Program-made: the position numbers and the translations under genes
Part shown: in pieces, positions 46,795 through 58,200 of the stretch
Position numbering within the stretch: the first letter of the stretch is position 1
Layout: each line of letters starts with the position of its first letter
Notes under the pieces: generated by a model
The model's database searches: none
Told to the model about the DNA's origin: nothing
The model's input: only the letters and a program-made list of their open reading frames with translations
NCBI GenBank assembly: GCA_017620885.1
Contig: JAGAUF010000103.1
Span: forward strand, 29,550 to 93,549
Source: Muribaculaceae bacterium
Lineage (GTDB): Bacteria > Bacteroidota > Bacteroidia > Bacteroidales > Muribaculaceae
DNA length: 64,000 nucleotides
Reading direction: 5' to 3'

Positions 46795-47883
46795 TTAGAG
46801 GAAGTCGTCGCCGTAGCGATTGGAAATGTCGTTAACAAGCTGGCGTATTTTCTGCTCTTCTGACATAGGACAGATTAGCAGCGCGTTAGGGGTATCTGCC
46901 ACGATATATCCTTCAAGTCCGACTGCGGCGACTACTTTGTCGCCCTTTACGGCAAAGACATTGTTTTTGCTGTCAAGGGTCAGGATGTTGCAGTTTTGCG
47001 TCACGTTGTTGTCTGCATTGCGTGGCGATATATCGTAGAGGGCGCTCCAATTTCCCAGATCGCTCCATCCGAGATCAACGGTCTTGACATATACGTTGTC
47101 GGCCTTTTCCATCACTGCATAGTCGATGGAATTGTTTGGAGCGTTGGGAAATACCTCGTTGATGAAGTTCATCTCGCCGTCGGTGCCGTAAAGACTCTTG
47201 CCGGGAGCGAAGATGGCGGCCGTCTCCGGATCATACTTGTCGAAAGCCTTCAGGATGGATGATGCTTTCCAGAGGAAAATGCCTGAGTTCCAGAAGAATT
47301 CACCGCTCTCGATGAAGAATTTGGCCATTTCGAGGTCAGGCTTTTCTGTGAATGATTTTACCTTTCTGATGCCGGGCCAATTCGGGGCGGCTTTGCCGAG
47401 CTGGATATATCCGTAGCCTGTCTGGGGTTTTGTGGGGTATATGCCGAGGGTAAGGAGAGCGTCGTTTCTGGCGACGAAGTCGAGACCGTCGTTCATTGTG
47501 TCGATAAATTCCTTCTCCTTCATCACGAGATGGTCGGAGGGGAGGGTCATAATTGTAGCCTCGGGATGCAGGGCGGCGATATGATTGGCTGCCCAGCAGA
47601 TGCATGGGGCCGTGTTGCGGCGTGCCGGTTCGAGGAGGATGTTTTCTACCGGTATGTCCGGCAGCTGGGTATGAATAATGTCGGCGTATTTCTTATTGGT
47701 TACGAGGAATATGTTTTCTACTGGCACGATCGGGCGAACTCGGTCGGCAGTCATTTGGAGGAGGGATCGTCCTGTGCCGAAGAAGTCGATGAACTGTTTG
47801 GGCATCGCGTTGCGGCTGAACGGCCAAAAGCGGGAGCCGATTCCGCCGCACATAATGACGCAGAATTTAGAGTCTCTTGACAT
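46795..47883 (-). CDS. manC: mannose-1-phosphate guanylyltransferase
   Basis: IMCGGIGSRFWPFSR..PKQF, EPARRNTAP, FTEKP, WNSGIF, SIDYAVME, WSDLG. Confidence 0.92.
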   Translation of the reverse strand: MSRDSKFCVIMCGGIGSRFWPFSRNAMPKQFIDFFGTGRSLLQMTADRVRPIVPVENIFLVTNKKYADIIHTQLPDIPVENILLEPARRNTAPCICWAANHIAALHPEATIMTLPSDHLVMKEKEFIDTMNDGLDFVARNDALLTLGIYPTKPQTGYGYIQLGKAAPNWPGIRKVKSFTEKPDLEMAKFFIESGEFFWNSGIFLWKASSILKAFDKYDPETAAIFAPGKSLYGTDGEMNFINEVFPNAPNNSIDYAVMEKADNVYVKTVDLGWSDLGNWSALYDISPRNADNNVTQNCNILTLDSKNNVFAVKGDKVVAAVGLEGYIVADTPNALLICPMSEEQKIRQLVNDISNRYGDDFL

Positions 47884-47891
47884 AGCGGTTC

Positions 47892-49682
47892 TTATTTTGA
47901 AGGAAGAGCCTTGAATTGATTTTTGACGGCTTCCACTACATTGAGTACGTAATCGCCGATTTTCTCAGCTTCACTTATGAGATCCATGAAGAATATTCCT
48001 TCCTGATAGTCATATTGTTTATTATTGATATTGTCGATGTTGTTGTCGCGCAGTTTATTACGATAATTATTGATTTCACGTTCCTTATTGAAAGCCTTGA
48101 TGACGAGTGCATCTTCCGGCTCTTCAAGTTCGCCGAGGAGCTTGTTCATATTTGACATGGCCTCATTGACAAGGTTGAACATAAGATCAAGCTCGTGGAG
48201 TATAGTGGCGTCAAAGTTTACGTGATAATTATTCTTGCGGAGGACGGTTTTGCCGATTTTCAGACATGAATCGGCGATAGATTCAATCTCGGAAATAATA
48301 CGGAGCATGGCCGTGACGCGCATTTTACCTTCCGGCGAGAGTCGTCCTTCGGCAACGTGATTGAGGAAGGTGCCGATTTCGATTTCCATCCGGTCGGAGA
48401 TGTCTTCGTATTTTTCTATCCGCGAGTAAATTTCAGTGTATTTGTCGTCGTTAGGGTCAAGAGTTATGAGCGATTTGGTCATATCGATCATACGCTGTAC
48501 GCGGACTCCGTATTGGGCTATCTCCTTCTGAGCCTGCGTGATGTTAAGCTCGGAAGCGGAGAGAAGACCACCATTGATGAATTTGAGGGAGAAATCTTCC
48601 TCCTTCTCCTTGTCGTGGGAAGGCATAATCCAGCATACAATCTTTACGTAAAGTTTGGTAAACCAAATCATTATCATAAGGTTGATGGCATTGAATACTG
48701 TCGGGAACATCGCAAGACCGAAAGCCACGGAAGCCTGAGCAAGTTTCGTCAGTGTTCCGGTGTCGGTGAGCAGTGTCGAGTCGGCCATAGATGCTTCGTT
48801 GGCGGCTGATATGTCAAGGGGATTCGTGCCCTGACAGGCAGCTGTAATTGAGGCCACGAGGCGCACGAAAGGATTGAAAACTAATAGGGCGATTATTGAG
48901 CCTATGACGTTGAAAAGAACGTGGCCCATGGCGGTGCGTTTGGCGGCGAGATTACCGGAAAGCGATGCGAGCACCGGAGTGATGGTTGTACCGATGTTGC
49001 CGCCGAGAATTATTGCGCATCCGAGCGTGAATGAAATCCACCCTTGCGAGCACATTATAAGGGTAATGGCGAAGGTGGCTGCCGAACTTTGTGCTATCAT
49101 AGTCAGGACGACTCCGAGAACGAAGAAGATCAGCACTGAACCATATCCGAGGGAGGTATATTCGGTGAGGAAGTGGAGCATTTCGGGATTCTGCTCAAGG
49201 TTGGGCACATAGACCGAGATAAGGTCGAGACCCATAAAAAGGAAGCAGAAACCGATGATGAATTCACCGAGGCTCTTATAGAATCCTTTGTTCATAAAGA
49301 GCATCGGGACGCCTATCGCGAGCAGCACGAGGCTATAGTCGGAAATGTGGATTTCAAACGAAAAGGCCGAGATGATCCATGTGGTGACTGTCGTGCCGAC
49401 GTTCGCGCCGAAGATTACGGCCATGGCTTGCGAGAGCGACATAAGGCCGGCATTGACAAACGAAACGACCATCACAGTCGAGGCTGACGAACTTTGTATA
49501 AGTGCTGTGATAATGATACCGGTAAGAACGCCTGTTATGCGGTTTTTAGTCATTGCTCCGAGAATGTTTCGGAGACGATCGCCGGCTACTTTTTGGAGGC
49601 CTTCGCTCATTACCTTCATACCATAAAGGAAGAGGCAGACGGAAGCCAAAAGTTTGATAAAATCTAAGATGCTGTAATTCAT
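47892..49682 (-). CDS. Na/Pi cotransporter family protein with PhoU-like C-terminal domains
   Basis: Two QSS repeats (IQSSSASTV, AQSSAATF), GANVGTT/GGNIGTT; C-terminal IESIAD and AEKIGDY. Confidence 0.9.
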   Translation of the reverse strand: MNYSILDFIKLLASVCLFLYGMKVMSEGLQKVAGDRLRNILGAMTKNRITGVLTGIIITALIQSSSASTVMVVSFVNAGLMSLSQAMAVIFGANVGTTVTTWIISAFSFEIHISDYSLVLLAIGVPMLFMNKGFYKSLGEFIIGFCFLFMGLDLISVYVPNLEQNPEMLHFLTEYTSLGYGSVLIFFVLGVVLTMIAQSSAATFAITLIMCSQGWISFTLGCAIILGGNIGTTITPVLASLSGNLAAKRTAMGHVLFNVIGSIIALLVFNPFVRLVASITAACQGTNPLDISAANEASMADSTLLTDTGTLTKLAQASVAFGLAMFPTVFNAINLMIMIWFTKLYVKIVCWIMPSHDKEKEEDFSLKFINGGLLSASELNITQAQKEIAQYGVRVQRMIDMTKSLITLDPNDDKYTEIYSRIEKYEDISDRMEIEIGTFLNHVAEGRLSPEGKMRVTAMLRIISEIESIADSCLKIGKTVLRKNNYHVNFDATILHELDLMFNLVNEAMSNMNKLLGELEEPEDALVIKAFNKEREINNYRNKLRDNNIDNINNKQYDYQEGIFFMDLISEAEKIGDYVLNVVEAVKNQFKALPSK

Positions 49683-49900
49683 TATGTTATAAATTGCAGT
49701 TTCAATTTTTGTGTGTTGCTGACAGGAATGGATTCCTATCATAGTGCAAAAATAGTAAAAAATGTTGATACTTATGTTATTATATGAATGATATTAGAGC
49801 AAATTTGGAAATCGATTTCAAATTTAGTAATTTTGCAAGTATCGCTGACCGCTCCGATTCGGATGTCGAGATGAGAAAGAAGCAAGATATGAAAGAACGG

Positions 49901-51088
49901 ATGAAGATAATCGTTGCGATGGACTCGTTTAAGGGTTGCCTTGACAGCCGCGAGGCCGGGGATGCGCTTGCGCGTGGCATCAGGAGTGCGAATACGGGAC
50001 GTGATAAGCCGGATGTGGAAGTCGTCGAGATGGGCGACGGAGGAGAGGGGACTGCGGCTGTTTTAAGCGCGGCAAAAGGTGGAAAATACATTGAATGTCC
50101 AACAGTAAATCCACGATTTTCCTCGATGAAATCGGGCTTTTTTGAATGGAATGAGGATGGAGAAAATGTCTGCGCTGTCGATGTTGCGGCGGCCGGAGGA
50201 CTTTCTCTTTTGAAACCGGAAGAAATTGATGCGAAACTGACGTCGAGCTATGGCACCGGGCTGCTTATTAGAGCAGCTCTGGAGCGTAGACCGAAGCGGA
50301 TTATCGTTTGTCTTGGGGGGAGTGCGACGATCGACTGTGGAATAGGTGCTTTGGGTGCTTTGGGTGCAAAAATCCTCGATGAAACCGGGGTTTTGCAGCC
50401 CCGTGAACTGACAGGGGGTAATCTCGGGAGAATACGGAAAATAGACTTTTCCGAGATGAAAAAGAGGGTCGGCGAGACGGAAATAGTTATAGCTGCCGAT
50501 GTGAATGTCGGATTGCTTGGCGACGAGTCGGGAAACAACGCGGGAGCCGTAGAGATTTTCGGACCGCAAAAGGGCATTTTCCTCGATGAAACCGAGAGTT
50601 TTCGCCGCGGTGTAGAGAATATATGCGCGGTGTTGGAACATGCTACGGGGAGGGATATAAGACGAATCCGAGGGGGAGGTGCGGCCGGAGGTATAGGGGC
50701 GGCGCTTTTCGCGACAGTCGGTGCGAAAATAATCAACGGAGCGGAATTTGTGATAGAAACGACCGGCCTGCGAGAAAAGATACGTGGAGCGGCGGGAGTT
50801 ATTACGGGTGAGGGGAAATCGGACAGACAGACAGCGTGCGGCAAACTGCCGGATGCTGTCAGGCGTACAGCGTCGGAATGTGGCGTCGGTACGGCGTTGA
50901 TTTCCGGCAGGATAGAGGATGCTGATTGCTTGAAACACAGGGGATTTGCTGAGATGATAGGGATAAATGATGGGCTGGATGAACACGTAAATGTGATGAA
51001 TCCGGAAGTGGCGGCTTATCGTCTGATGCGTGCCGGGTACTGTTTCTGCAAAAATCAGTATAGAAAACAGGAGAAATATACGCCTTAA
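49901..51088 (+). CDS. glxK: glycerate kinase
   Basis: MKIIVAMDSFKG, DGGEGT, SSYGTG, GGSAT.DCG, FGPQKG, GAAGG, ITGEGKSD. Confidence 0.9.
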   Translation: MKIIVAMDSFKGCLDSREAGDALARGIRSANTGRDKPDVEVVEMGDGGEGTAAVLSAAKGGKYIECPTVNPRFSSMKSGFFEWNEDGENVCAVDVAAAGGLSLLKPEEIDAKLTSSYGTGLLIRAALERRPKRIIVCLGGSATIDCGIGALGALGAKILDETGVLQPRELTGGNLGRIRKIDFSEMKKRVGETEIVIAADVNVGLLGDESGNNAGAVEIFGPQKGIFLDETESFRRGVENICAVLEHATGRDIRRIRGGGAAGGIGAALFATVGAKIINGAEFVIETTGLREKIRGAAGVITGEGKSDRQTACGKLPDAVRRTASECGVGTALISGRIEDADCLKHRGFAEMIGINDGLDEHVNVMNPEVAAYRLMRAGYCFCKNQYRKQEKYTP

Positions 51089-51130
51089 TTAATAGAAAAT
51101 CATTAAATTTGCAGTTTAAAACGAAATAAG

Positions 51131-52078
51131 ATGATTCGAAACACACATAATGGCCGACGCGATTGGAGAGAGGATCGCATCATAGCGAAGCGGAACGAGA
51201 CTGACGCGACGGTGGCACTGATGGATTTCCTCAACTCGCCTGAGTTCGGGAAAGCGCAGGGACTGCTTCCCAAGCGCATAGATCTTAAGGTATGGCTGAA
51301 GTATGGCCATGTAATGATTGACGGAGTGGTGACGACGCAGTTTAACGCGCCTGTCGCTCCGGGACAGTGGGTTGAGTTGAATCATACGCGTCCCTTCGTA
51401 GTATTCCGTCATCCGCGTCTTCAGATAGTTTATGAGGATGATGACATCATCGTGGTCAATAAGGGCTACGGATTGCTATCGGTGGGCACCGGGAGCATGA
51501 AGCGCGAAGAGACAGCCTACGGCCTATTGAAAGAGTACGTTAAGCGTAAACATCCGTCGAACAAAATATTTGTGGTTCATCGTCTGGATCGCGACACGTC
51601 CGGCTTAATGCTTTTTGCGAAAAGTATGGAGGCTCAGACGGCGATGCAGCACAATTGGAACAATATGGTAATCAGCCGGACGTATGTAGCTCTTGTAGAG
51701 GGCGTTGTGCGTACGGATGAGGGGGTAATAAAAAGTAACCTCGGAGAGACGAGTCAATTTGAAGTCTTCTCTACGGATGAGGAGGGCGTCGGCAAGCCGG
51801 CAATTACGCGCTATAAGGTATTGGAGCGTGGCCACGGCTATACATTGGTGGAATTTTCATTGGAGACCGGGCGAAAGAATCAGATACGTGTCCATGCAGC
51901 GAAAGAATTGGAGCATCCGATAGTCGGCGATCGCAAATATGGTGCCAAGCGAAGCCCCATCAAGCGTCTGGCCCTGCATGCGCGCACGCTGCGGTTTGCG
52001 CATCCGATGACGCGCAAGGATATGAATTTTGATACACCGATACCGTCGAAATTCGTTGGTTTACTTAGACATAGCTAA
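51131..52078 (+). CDS. RluA family pseudouridine synthase
   Basis: YEDDDIIVVNK, catalytic HRLDRDTSG, ETGRKNQIRVH, PIVGD.KYG. Confidence 0.93.
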   Translation: MIRNTHNGRRDWREDRIIAKRNETDATVALMDFLNSPEFGKAQGLLPKRIDLKVWLKYGHVMIDGVVTTQFNAPVAPGQWVELNHTRPFVVFRHPRLQIVYEDDDIIVVNKGYGLLSVGTGSMKREETAYGLLKEYVKRKHPSNKIFVVHRLDRDTSGLMLFAKSMEAQTAMQHNWNNMVISRTYVALVEGVVRTDEGVIKSNLGETSQFEVFSTDEEGVGKPAITRYKVLERGHGYTLVEFSLETGRKNQIRVHAAKELEHPIVGDRKYGAKRSPIKRLALHARTLRFAHPMTRKDMNFDTPIPSKFVGLLRHS

Positions 52079-52084
52079 GGAGAG

Positions 52085-52969
52085 ATGAAAGAGGAAAAAG
52101 ATATTCAGGAAGAGGAGAAGGAAGAGGTAAGGCCTGATTCAGAGGGGTTTACTGAGAGTGATCATAGACGTTTTCTTCCACCGGGCAATGAGGAATTCGC
52201 TTCCGAGCTAATCGAAGAGGTGAAGGTGGAAATCGTGGAAGAAACGGCGTCGGAAGAGCCGGAGATTGATAGTGAACAGCCGGTCGTCGAATCGACGGAT
52301 GAACCGGAAACATCCCGGGCTGAGACGGAGGCTCCCTGCACGACAGATAAATCGCCGTGGGGTATTGTGTCGCATACGGTGTCATGGCTTATGGTGCCGA
52401 TGCTGATGCCTGTATACGGTACTATTCTGATATTTACACTTTCGATTCTGAGCCTGTCGTCGGCCGCCACACGATTATGGTTTACGGCAATAGTCTTCGG
52501 CATAAATGTGATGCTCCCGGTATTGGTCATCATTCTGTTGAAGTGGTTTGGAATAGTCAGTGATCCGGGGCTTAACGTGCGTAAAGAGAGGTCGATACCA
52601 TACATAGTCTGTATACTGTGTATGCTTGCTACGGCATGGTTTATGTATGTGAAGCACGCTCCGGCGATGTTCTGCCTCTTCTATGTGGGTGGAGCCATTG
52701 GCGGCCTTGTCAATCTTCTGATTAATTTCAAATGGAAGATTAGCGCGCATGCGGCCGGAGTAGCCGGAATTTTAGCTCTTCTGATTCGGATTTCGAGCGA
52801 CGGATTCCCACAGGGCAACGTTATGTTGTGGCTTCTGATATGGATTCTTCTTGCCGGAGGAACGGGAAGCGCTCGCCTCTATTTGCAGCGTCATACGTTC
52901 TGGCAGGTAATGGCCGGCTATGCAGTCGGTTTCCTTTCGGTCTATATCACGACAGCATTTGGAGTGTAA
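52085..52969 (+). CDS. membrane protein, PAP2-like, with acidic N-terminal extension
   Basis: About six TM helices; KISAH and SARLYLQRH motifs; E-rich first 85 aa. Confidence 0.65.
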   Translation: MKEEKDIQEEEKEEVRPDSEGFTESDHRRFLPPGNEEFASELIEEVKVEIVEETASEEPEIDSEQPVVESTDEPETSRAETEAPCTTDKSPWGIVSHTVSWLMVPMLMPVYGTILIFTLSILSLSSAATRLWFTAIVFGINVMLPVLVIILLKWFGIVSDPGLNVRKERSIPYIVCILCMLATAWFMYVKHAPAMFCLFYVGGAIGGLVNLLINFKWKISAHAAGVAGILALLIRISSDGFPQGNVMLWLLIWILLAGGTGSARLYLQRHTFWQVMAGYAVGFLSVYITTAFGV

Positions 52970-53040
52970 GGGAAGGCGGATAATGATTCCGTCGGTAATG
53001 TAAAATGTAAATAATTGAACAATAGCAATATAGAACATAT

Positions 53041-53544
53041 ATGAAACCAATAGTCAGTGTAATAATGGGAAGTACGTCGGATCTTCCCGTAATGGAAAAA
53101 GCGGCAAAATTTTTCGACGAAATGGAAATCCCGTTTGAGATGCTTGCACTCTCCGCTCACCGTACTCCTCACGAGGTAGAGCAGTTTGCATCAAACGCCA
53201 AAGCGCGCGGTATCAAAGTGATAATCGCGGGTGCAGGTATGGCGGCTCATTTGGGTGGCGTCATAGCATCGCTTACCACATTGCCTGTAATCGGCGTGCC
53301 TATCCGTTCGTCGTTTGATGGACTTGATTCCCTTCTGGCCATTGTTCAGATGCCTCCGGGCATTCCTGTGGCGACGGTAGGTGTGAATGGTGCGCTTAAT
53401 GCGGCGATACTTGCGGCTCAGATTCTCGGCGTGAGCAACGCGGAAATCGAGCAGCGTATAGAGAATTATAAGAGTTCGCTGACAGAGAAGATTGTGAAAG
53501 CCAACGAAGAGCTGAAGAATATCGAGTATAAATTCAAGTGCTGA
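53041..53544 (+). CDS. purE: N5-carboxyaminoimidazole ribonucleotide mutase
   Basis: IMGSTSD, SAHRTP, AGMAAHL, QMPPGIPVATV. Confidence 0.96.
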   Translation: MKPIVSVIMGSTSDLPVMEKAAKFFDEMEIPFEMLALSAHRTPHEVEQFASNAKARGIKVIIAGAGMAAHLGGVIASLTTLPVIGVPIRSSFDGLDSLLAIVQMPPGIPVATVGVNGALNAAILAAQILGVSNAEIEQRIENYKSSLTEKIVKANEELKNIEYKFKC

Positions 53545-53560
53545 AACGGGCAAAGACGTA

Positions 53561-55201
53561 ATGAGCAGATACAATTACAAACGGAGAGCGACGAGGGAGG
53601 TTGTAGTGGGTCACGGCGAAAACGCCGTCGGTATCGGAGGAAACAACGATATACGGCTTCAATCGATGACGAATACGTCTACTTTGGACACGGAGGGAAG
53701 TGCTCGTCAGGCAAAGCGTATAGCTGAGGCCGGTGGCGAGATAGTCCGTCTGACTACACAGGGCGTGCGCGAAGCGACCAACCTTACTGCAATCAAGGAG
53801 GCAATGGCAGCGGAAGGTTGCCGAGTGCCTCTTGTGGCTGATATACATTTCAACCCGAAGGCGGCTTACGAGGCTGCGTGGCGGTGTGAGAAAGTGCGTA
53901 TCAATCCGGGTAATTTCGTTGATGCTCCGCGTCAGTTTCTTCATCTTGAATACAGCGAAGAGGAATATGCACAGGAGATGGAGCATATTCGCGAATCGCT
54001 CGTGCCCTTCCTCGACATCTGTAAGGCTCACGGCACGGCCGTACGCCTCGGAGTGAACCATGGATCGCTGAGCGACCGCATTATGAGCCGTTATGGAAAT
54101 ACACCGGCGGGAATGGTTGAGTCGGTGATGGAATTTCTGCGCGTCTGTCGGGAAGAGAATTTCGATCAGATTGTGATTTCCATCAAGGCGTCCAATACCG
54201 TTGTGATGGTTGAGACAGTGCGTCTGCTTGTGAAGGAAATGGAGAGGGAAGGGATGAGTTTTCCTATTCATCTTGGCGTCACGGAGGCAGGCGACGGGGA
54301 GGACGGCCGCATCAAGAGCGCCGTCGGGATTGGGACGCTTCTTTCGGAAGGCATCGGCGACACGATTCGTGTCTCGCTGAGCGAACCGCCGGAAAATGAG
54401 ATTCCCGTGGCTCGTCTGCTGCGTGATTACATAGAGAAACGTGCCGGTCACGCTCCGATAGCGGAGCCGTCGGAAACGCCGGAAAATACGCGCTTGAAGA
54501 GCGCGCAAATCCCCGGGAAATCGTGGGAAGGTGAGGTAGGAATCGCCGGTATGGATTTCGAGATTGAGGAGTGGTGGCATCGCGTAGACGCAAGCGAAGC
54601 GGTGCGTGATTTCGGCGACACACTTCCTGTGGTCATTACGTCGAGGCATCAGAACCGAATAGGAGAGATTCAGTCTTACATCGACAGGACGGTTGTAGAG
54701 GGTGTGCGTAATCCGTTTATTATCAGTCTTGAATATGATACGAATCGTCTTGAGGAGCTTCAGGTGGAGGCCGGAGCGGATTTCGGCACGCTGCTTCTGA
54801 ACGGGTACGCGTCGGGCATCGAGCTTAAGGCGCCGGCGTTTACGAAGGCTCAGCTTGACAATATCGGTGAGGGTATTCTTCAGGCGGCGCGCCTGCGTTT
54901 CTCGAAGCCGGAATATATCGCGTGTCCCGGGTGCGGACGTACGCTTTTCGACCTTCAGAGCACTCTTCAACAGGTAAAGGCTGCGACAAAAGAACTGAAG
55001 GGGATGAAAATCGGCGTTATGGGTTGTATTGTAAATGGTCCGGGCGAGATGGCCGACGCCGATTACGGCTATGTGGGCGCTGGTCCGGGTCGCGTGAGTC
55101 TATACAGGGGAAAGGAGTTGGTGGTGAAGAATATCCCGACGGAGGAGGCTTTGCCGCTTCTGTTAGAGATGATTAGAAAAGATAAGAAATCAGAGAATTA
55201 G
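53561..55201 (+). CDS. ispG: (E)-4-hydroxy-3-methylbut-2-enyl-diphosphate synthase
   Basis: QSMT, VADIHF, RINPGN, HLGVTEAG, GDTIRVSL, CPGCGR, MGCIVNGPGE. Confidence 0.95.
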   Translation: MSRYNYKRRATREVVVGHGENAVGIGGNNDIRLQSMTNTSTLDTEGSARQAKRIAEAGGEIVRLTTQGVREATNLTAIKEAMAAEGCRVPLVADIHFNPKAAYEAAWRCEKVRINPGNFVDAPRQFLHLEYSEEEYAQEMEHIRESLVPFLDICKAHGTAVRLGVNHGSLSDRIMSRYGNTPAGMVESVMEFLRVCREENFDQIVISIKASNTVVMVETVRLLVKEMEREGMSFPIHLGVTEAGDGEDGRIKSAVGIGTLLSEGIGDTIRVSLSEPPENEIPVARLLRDYIEKRAGHAPIAEPSETPENTRLKSAQIPGKSWEGEVGIAGMDFEIEEWWHRVDASEAVRDFGDTLPVVITSRHQNRIGEIQSYIDRTVVEGVRNPFIISLEYDTNRLEELQVEAGADFGTLLLNGYASGIELKAPAFTKAQLDNIGEGILQAARLRFSKPEYIACPGCGRTLFDLQSTLQQVKAATKELKGMKIGVMGCIVNGPGEMADADYGYVGAGPGRVSLYRGKELVVKNIPTEEALPLLLEMIRKDKKSEN

Positions 55202-55214
55202 AAAAAGATCAGGT

Positions 55215-58200
55215 ATGGGAAATGACAGAATTATAAAAGGATTGATGATCGGAGGGCTTGTGGCGACGTCACTACTGCCTTCTGCGGCGTATGGCCGCGG
55301 GACGACGTCGGGGGCTGTCGTTCCGACGGAGATTTCTCCGCTCGACGGCGGAAGATTACAACGAGCCAAAGAGATGTCGGACAAGGGGAATTATACCGGC
55401 GCTCTGGATCAGCTGCGCGCCATAGATCCGATGACGCTGGACGATGCTGAACGTCAGAATCTGGCGTTTCTGATGGCTCAGACGGCCTACCGTCGCGGCG
55501 ACAGCAATTGTCTGGCGATGTTGCAAGGATTCGTGCAGAGTTATCCAGCCTCGCAGTATACGCTCGATGCACGCCTGATGGCGGCCGATTATAATTTTTT
55601 CAATCACGATTACGCCTCTGCATTAGAGAGTTACAATAAGATAGATTTTTCAAATATTGACGCCAGCCGCCGTCCGGAATATGACTATCGCAAGGCTGTA
55701 TCTATGACGCGACGAGGCTATTTCGACGAGGCGCGCCCGATATTTGAGAAATTGCTTGACAATTCGCGATTTTCTAACGTTGCGACATATTACATAGCTT
55801 ATCTGGATTATGTGTCAGGCGATTATGACGCAGCCTACGACGGATTTGAGCGAGTGGAGCTGACCAATGGGAAAACGGCTTCACGCAGAGGAGCGAAGCG
55901 CGATTATATCAGCGACGGCATCGAGCCGGGATATTATATGACCCAGATAGAGTTCAAGCGTGGTCAGTATGATGATGTTATCGCGCACGGCAGATCGTTA
56001 TTGAGCAAGCGTCCTGTGGCGGAACTGATTCCCGAGACGGAAAGGGTGATTGGCGAGAGCTATTTCAAAAAGGGAGACAAGGAGATGGCGAGACAATATC
56101 TGGAACGCTATCTGGAGCACGGGGTGGAAAATGCCGAATCGACAGCACTTTATGTCCTTGGAACTATTCTTTATGACGAGGGAGATACGGAGCGTGCGGC
56201 GTCCTTGTTTGACCGTCTTACCAACGATCAGAATGAGCTTGCACAGAGCGCATGGCTTTATCTGGGACAATGTCTCGTGAAGGAAGGCGACTATTCGGGT
56301 GCTGTGATGGCGTTCGATCGCGCCTATAAACTGAATTATAATCGTGACGTGACGGAATCGGCCATGTACAATTATGGGACGTCGCTCTTGCGCGGCGGGA
56401 CGGTGCCTTTCCGCTCGTCGGCGGATATTTTGGATAAGTTCATATCCCAATATCCGCGTTCCGAACATGCGTCGGAGGTAAGGGAGATTCTCGGAGCGGC
56501 CTATTGCAAGCAGGGGGAATATTCCAAGGCTCTGAGCTATCTTGACGGGATTTCAAATCCCAATGACGCAACGCGGCGATTACGACAGCAAGTGCTTTTC
56601 CAGCTTGGCGTGGAGGAGGGATCCAATGGCCGCTATGCGGATGCAGAGAAGCATCTTCGCGAGGCTGCCTCGCTTGCCAAATATGACAAATCTCTTGGTC
56701 TGCAGTCGAATCTTTGGCTGGGCGATGCGCTCTATTCACAGAAGAAATACGGACAGGCAGCACAAAGCTACGAGTCGTTTCTGAAGGGTGGCGACCAGAC
56801 GCCGAATTATTCTCTCGGTCTTTACAATCTCGGCTACGCGCTGTATAATCAGGATAAATTTTCGCAAGCTGTGCCTTATTTCACGCGTGCAGCCTCGGCG
56901 ACGTCGTTGAGTGAGAATCAGCGTGCCAACGCCCGTCTGCGCCGCGCCGACTGTATGTTTTATTCGCGGCAGTATGGCGACGCAAAGAAGGCTTATTCAG
57001 AAATCATGGCGGCGGGAGACCCGGGTGCAGATTATGCCACATTGCGCCACGCGACGATTATGGGACTGCAGGGCGATATAAACGGGAAGTTGAAAGAACT
57101 TGAAACGCTGAAGAAGCGCTATCCTTCTACCGGATGGGATGCAGCGGCACTTCTGGAGCGGGCGTCTACTCTGGCTGAGCAGGGGCGTGTGGCGGAGGCC
57201 GAAACAGCCTATCAGGAGCTGACCGAGACATATCCGTCGCGTGAAGAGACACGGCGAGGTCTCGTGAGTCTGGGCCGTACGTATCTGAAGCAAGGGAAAA
57301 ATGCAGAGGCGATAGAATCATTCCGTCGTGTTATCGAAGAATGGCCTACGAGCGAGGAAGCTGCGAATGCTAACGAGGAACTGACGTCGATCTATGCGTC
57401 GGCGGGCAATCTTCAGGACTATTCCGAATGGCTGAGCGGAATCCCGGGTGCGCCACGTCTGACGTCAGACGACGTTGAACGTCTTGAATTTGAAGCTGCC
57501 GACGATTCATTCAATGAAAATTCGAGCATTGCACGTCTTGAAAATTATGTAGAATCATATCCCGACGGCGTATATCTTGCGAAGGCTCTCTATGCGATAG
57601 CCGAAGGGAGATGCGATGCCGGCAAATATAACGGCGCGTTGGATGCTCTCAATGAGTTGCTTTCCAAGCGTCCGGATGCTCCGGAGGTGAACGAGGCTCT
57701 TCTTCTGAAAGGGAATATCCTTGAAGAGAAGTTCGCAACCGGCGCCGGCCGTGCCGAAGCGTACGAGACATATATGCGACTTCTGAACGGAGGAAACAAG
57801 GATTTCGAGCCTGACGCTTTGGCCGGTATGATGCGTTTGAGCAGCAAGCCGAAAGAGCAGCTTGACCTTGCTCGGAAAATCATTTCCTCGGGCGCGGGGA
57901 GTGAACTTATGGAGGAGGCACGCTATTATGAGGCTGTTGCACAGACCAAGTTAGGTAACGACAAGGATGGCGTCGCAGGGCTGAAGAACCTTGCCGCTAA
58001 TCCCGACAGTCGCTATGGTGCCATGGCAGCTGTGACTCTCGGCAAGTGGCAGCTTGACCATAAGCAGCTTAAGAATGCTGAGAAGACGCTGACGTCCTTT
58101 ACGGAATCAGGCACTCCGCACGAATATTGGCTCGCCAAGGGCTTCATCACGCTTGCCGACGTGTATACGGCACAAGGGAAAACGTCTCTTGCGAGGGAGT

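Noticed and set aside
45669-46800. Genomic island inserted at tRNA-Pro
   Set aside because: No duplicated tRNA 3' end and no integrase seen in the window.
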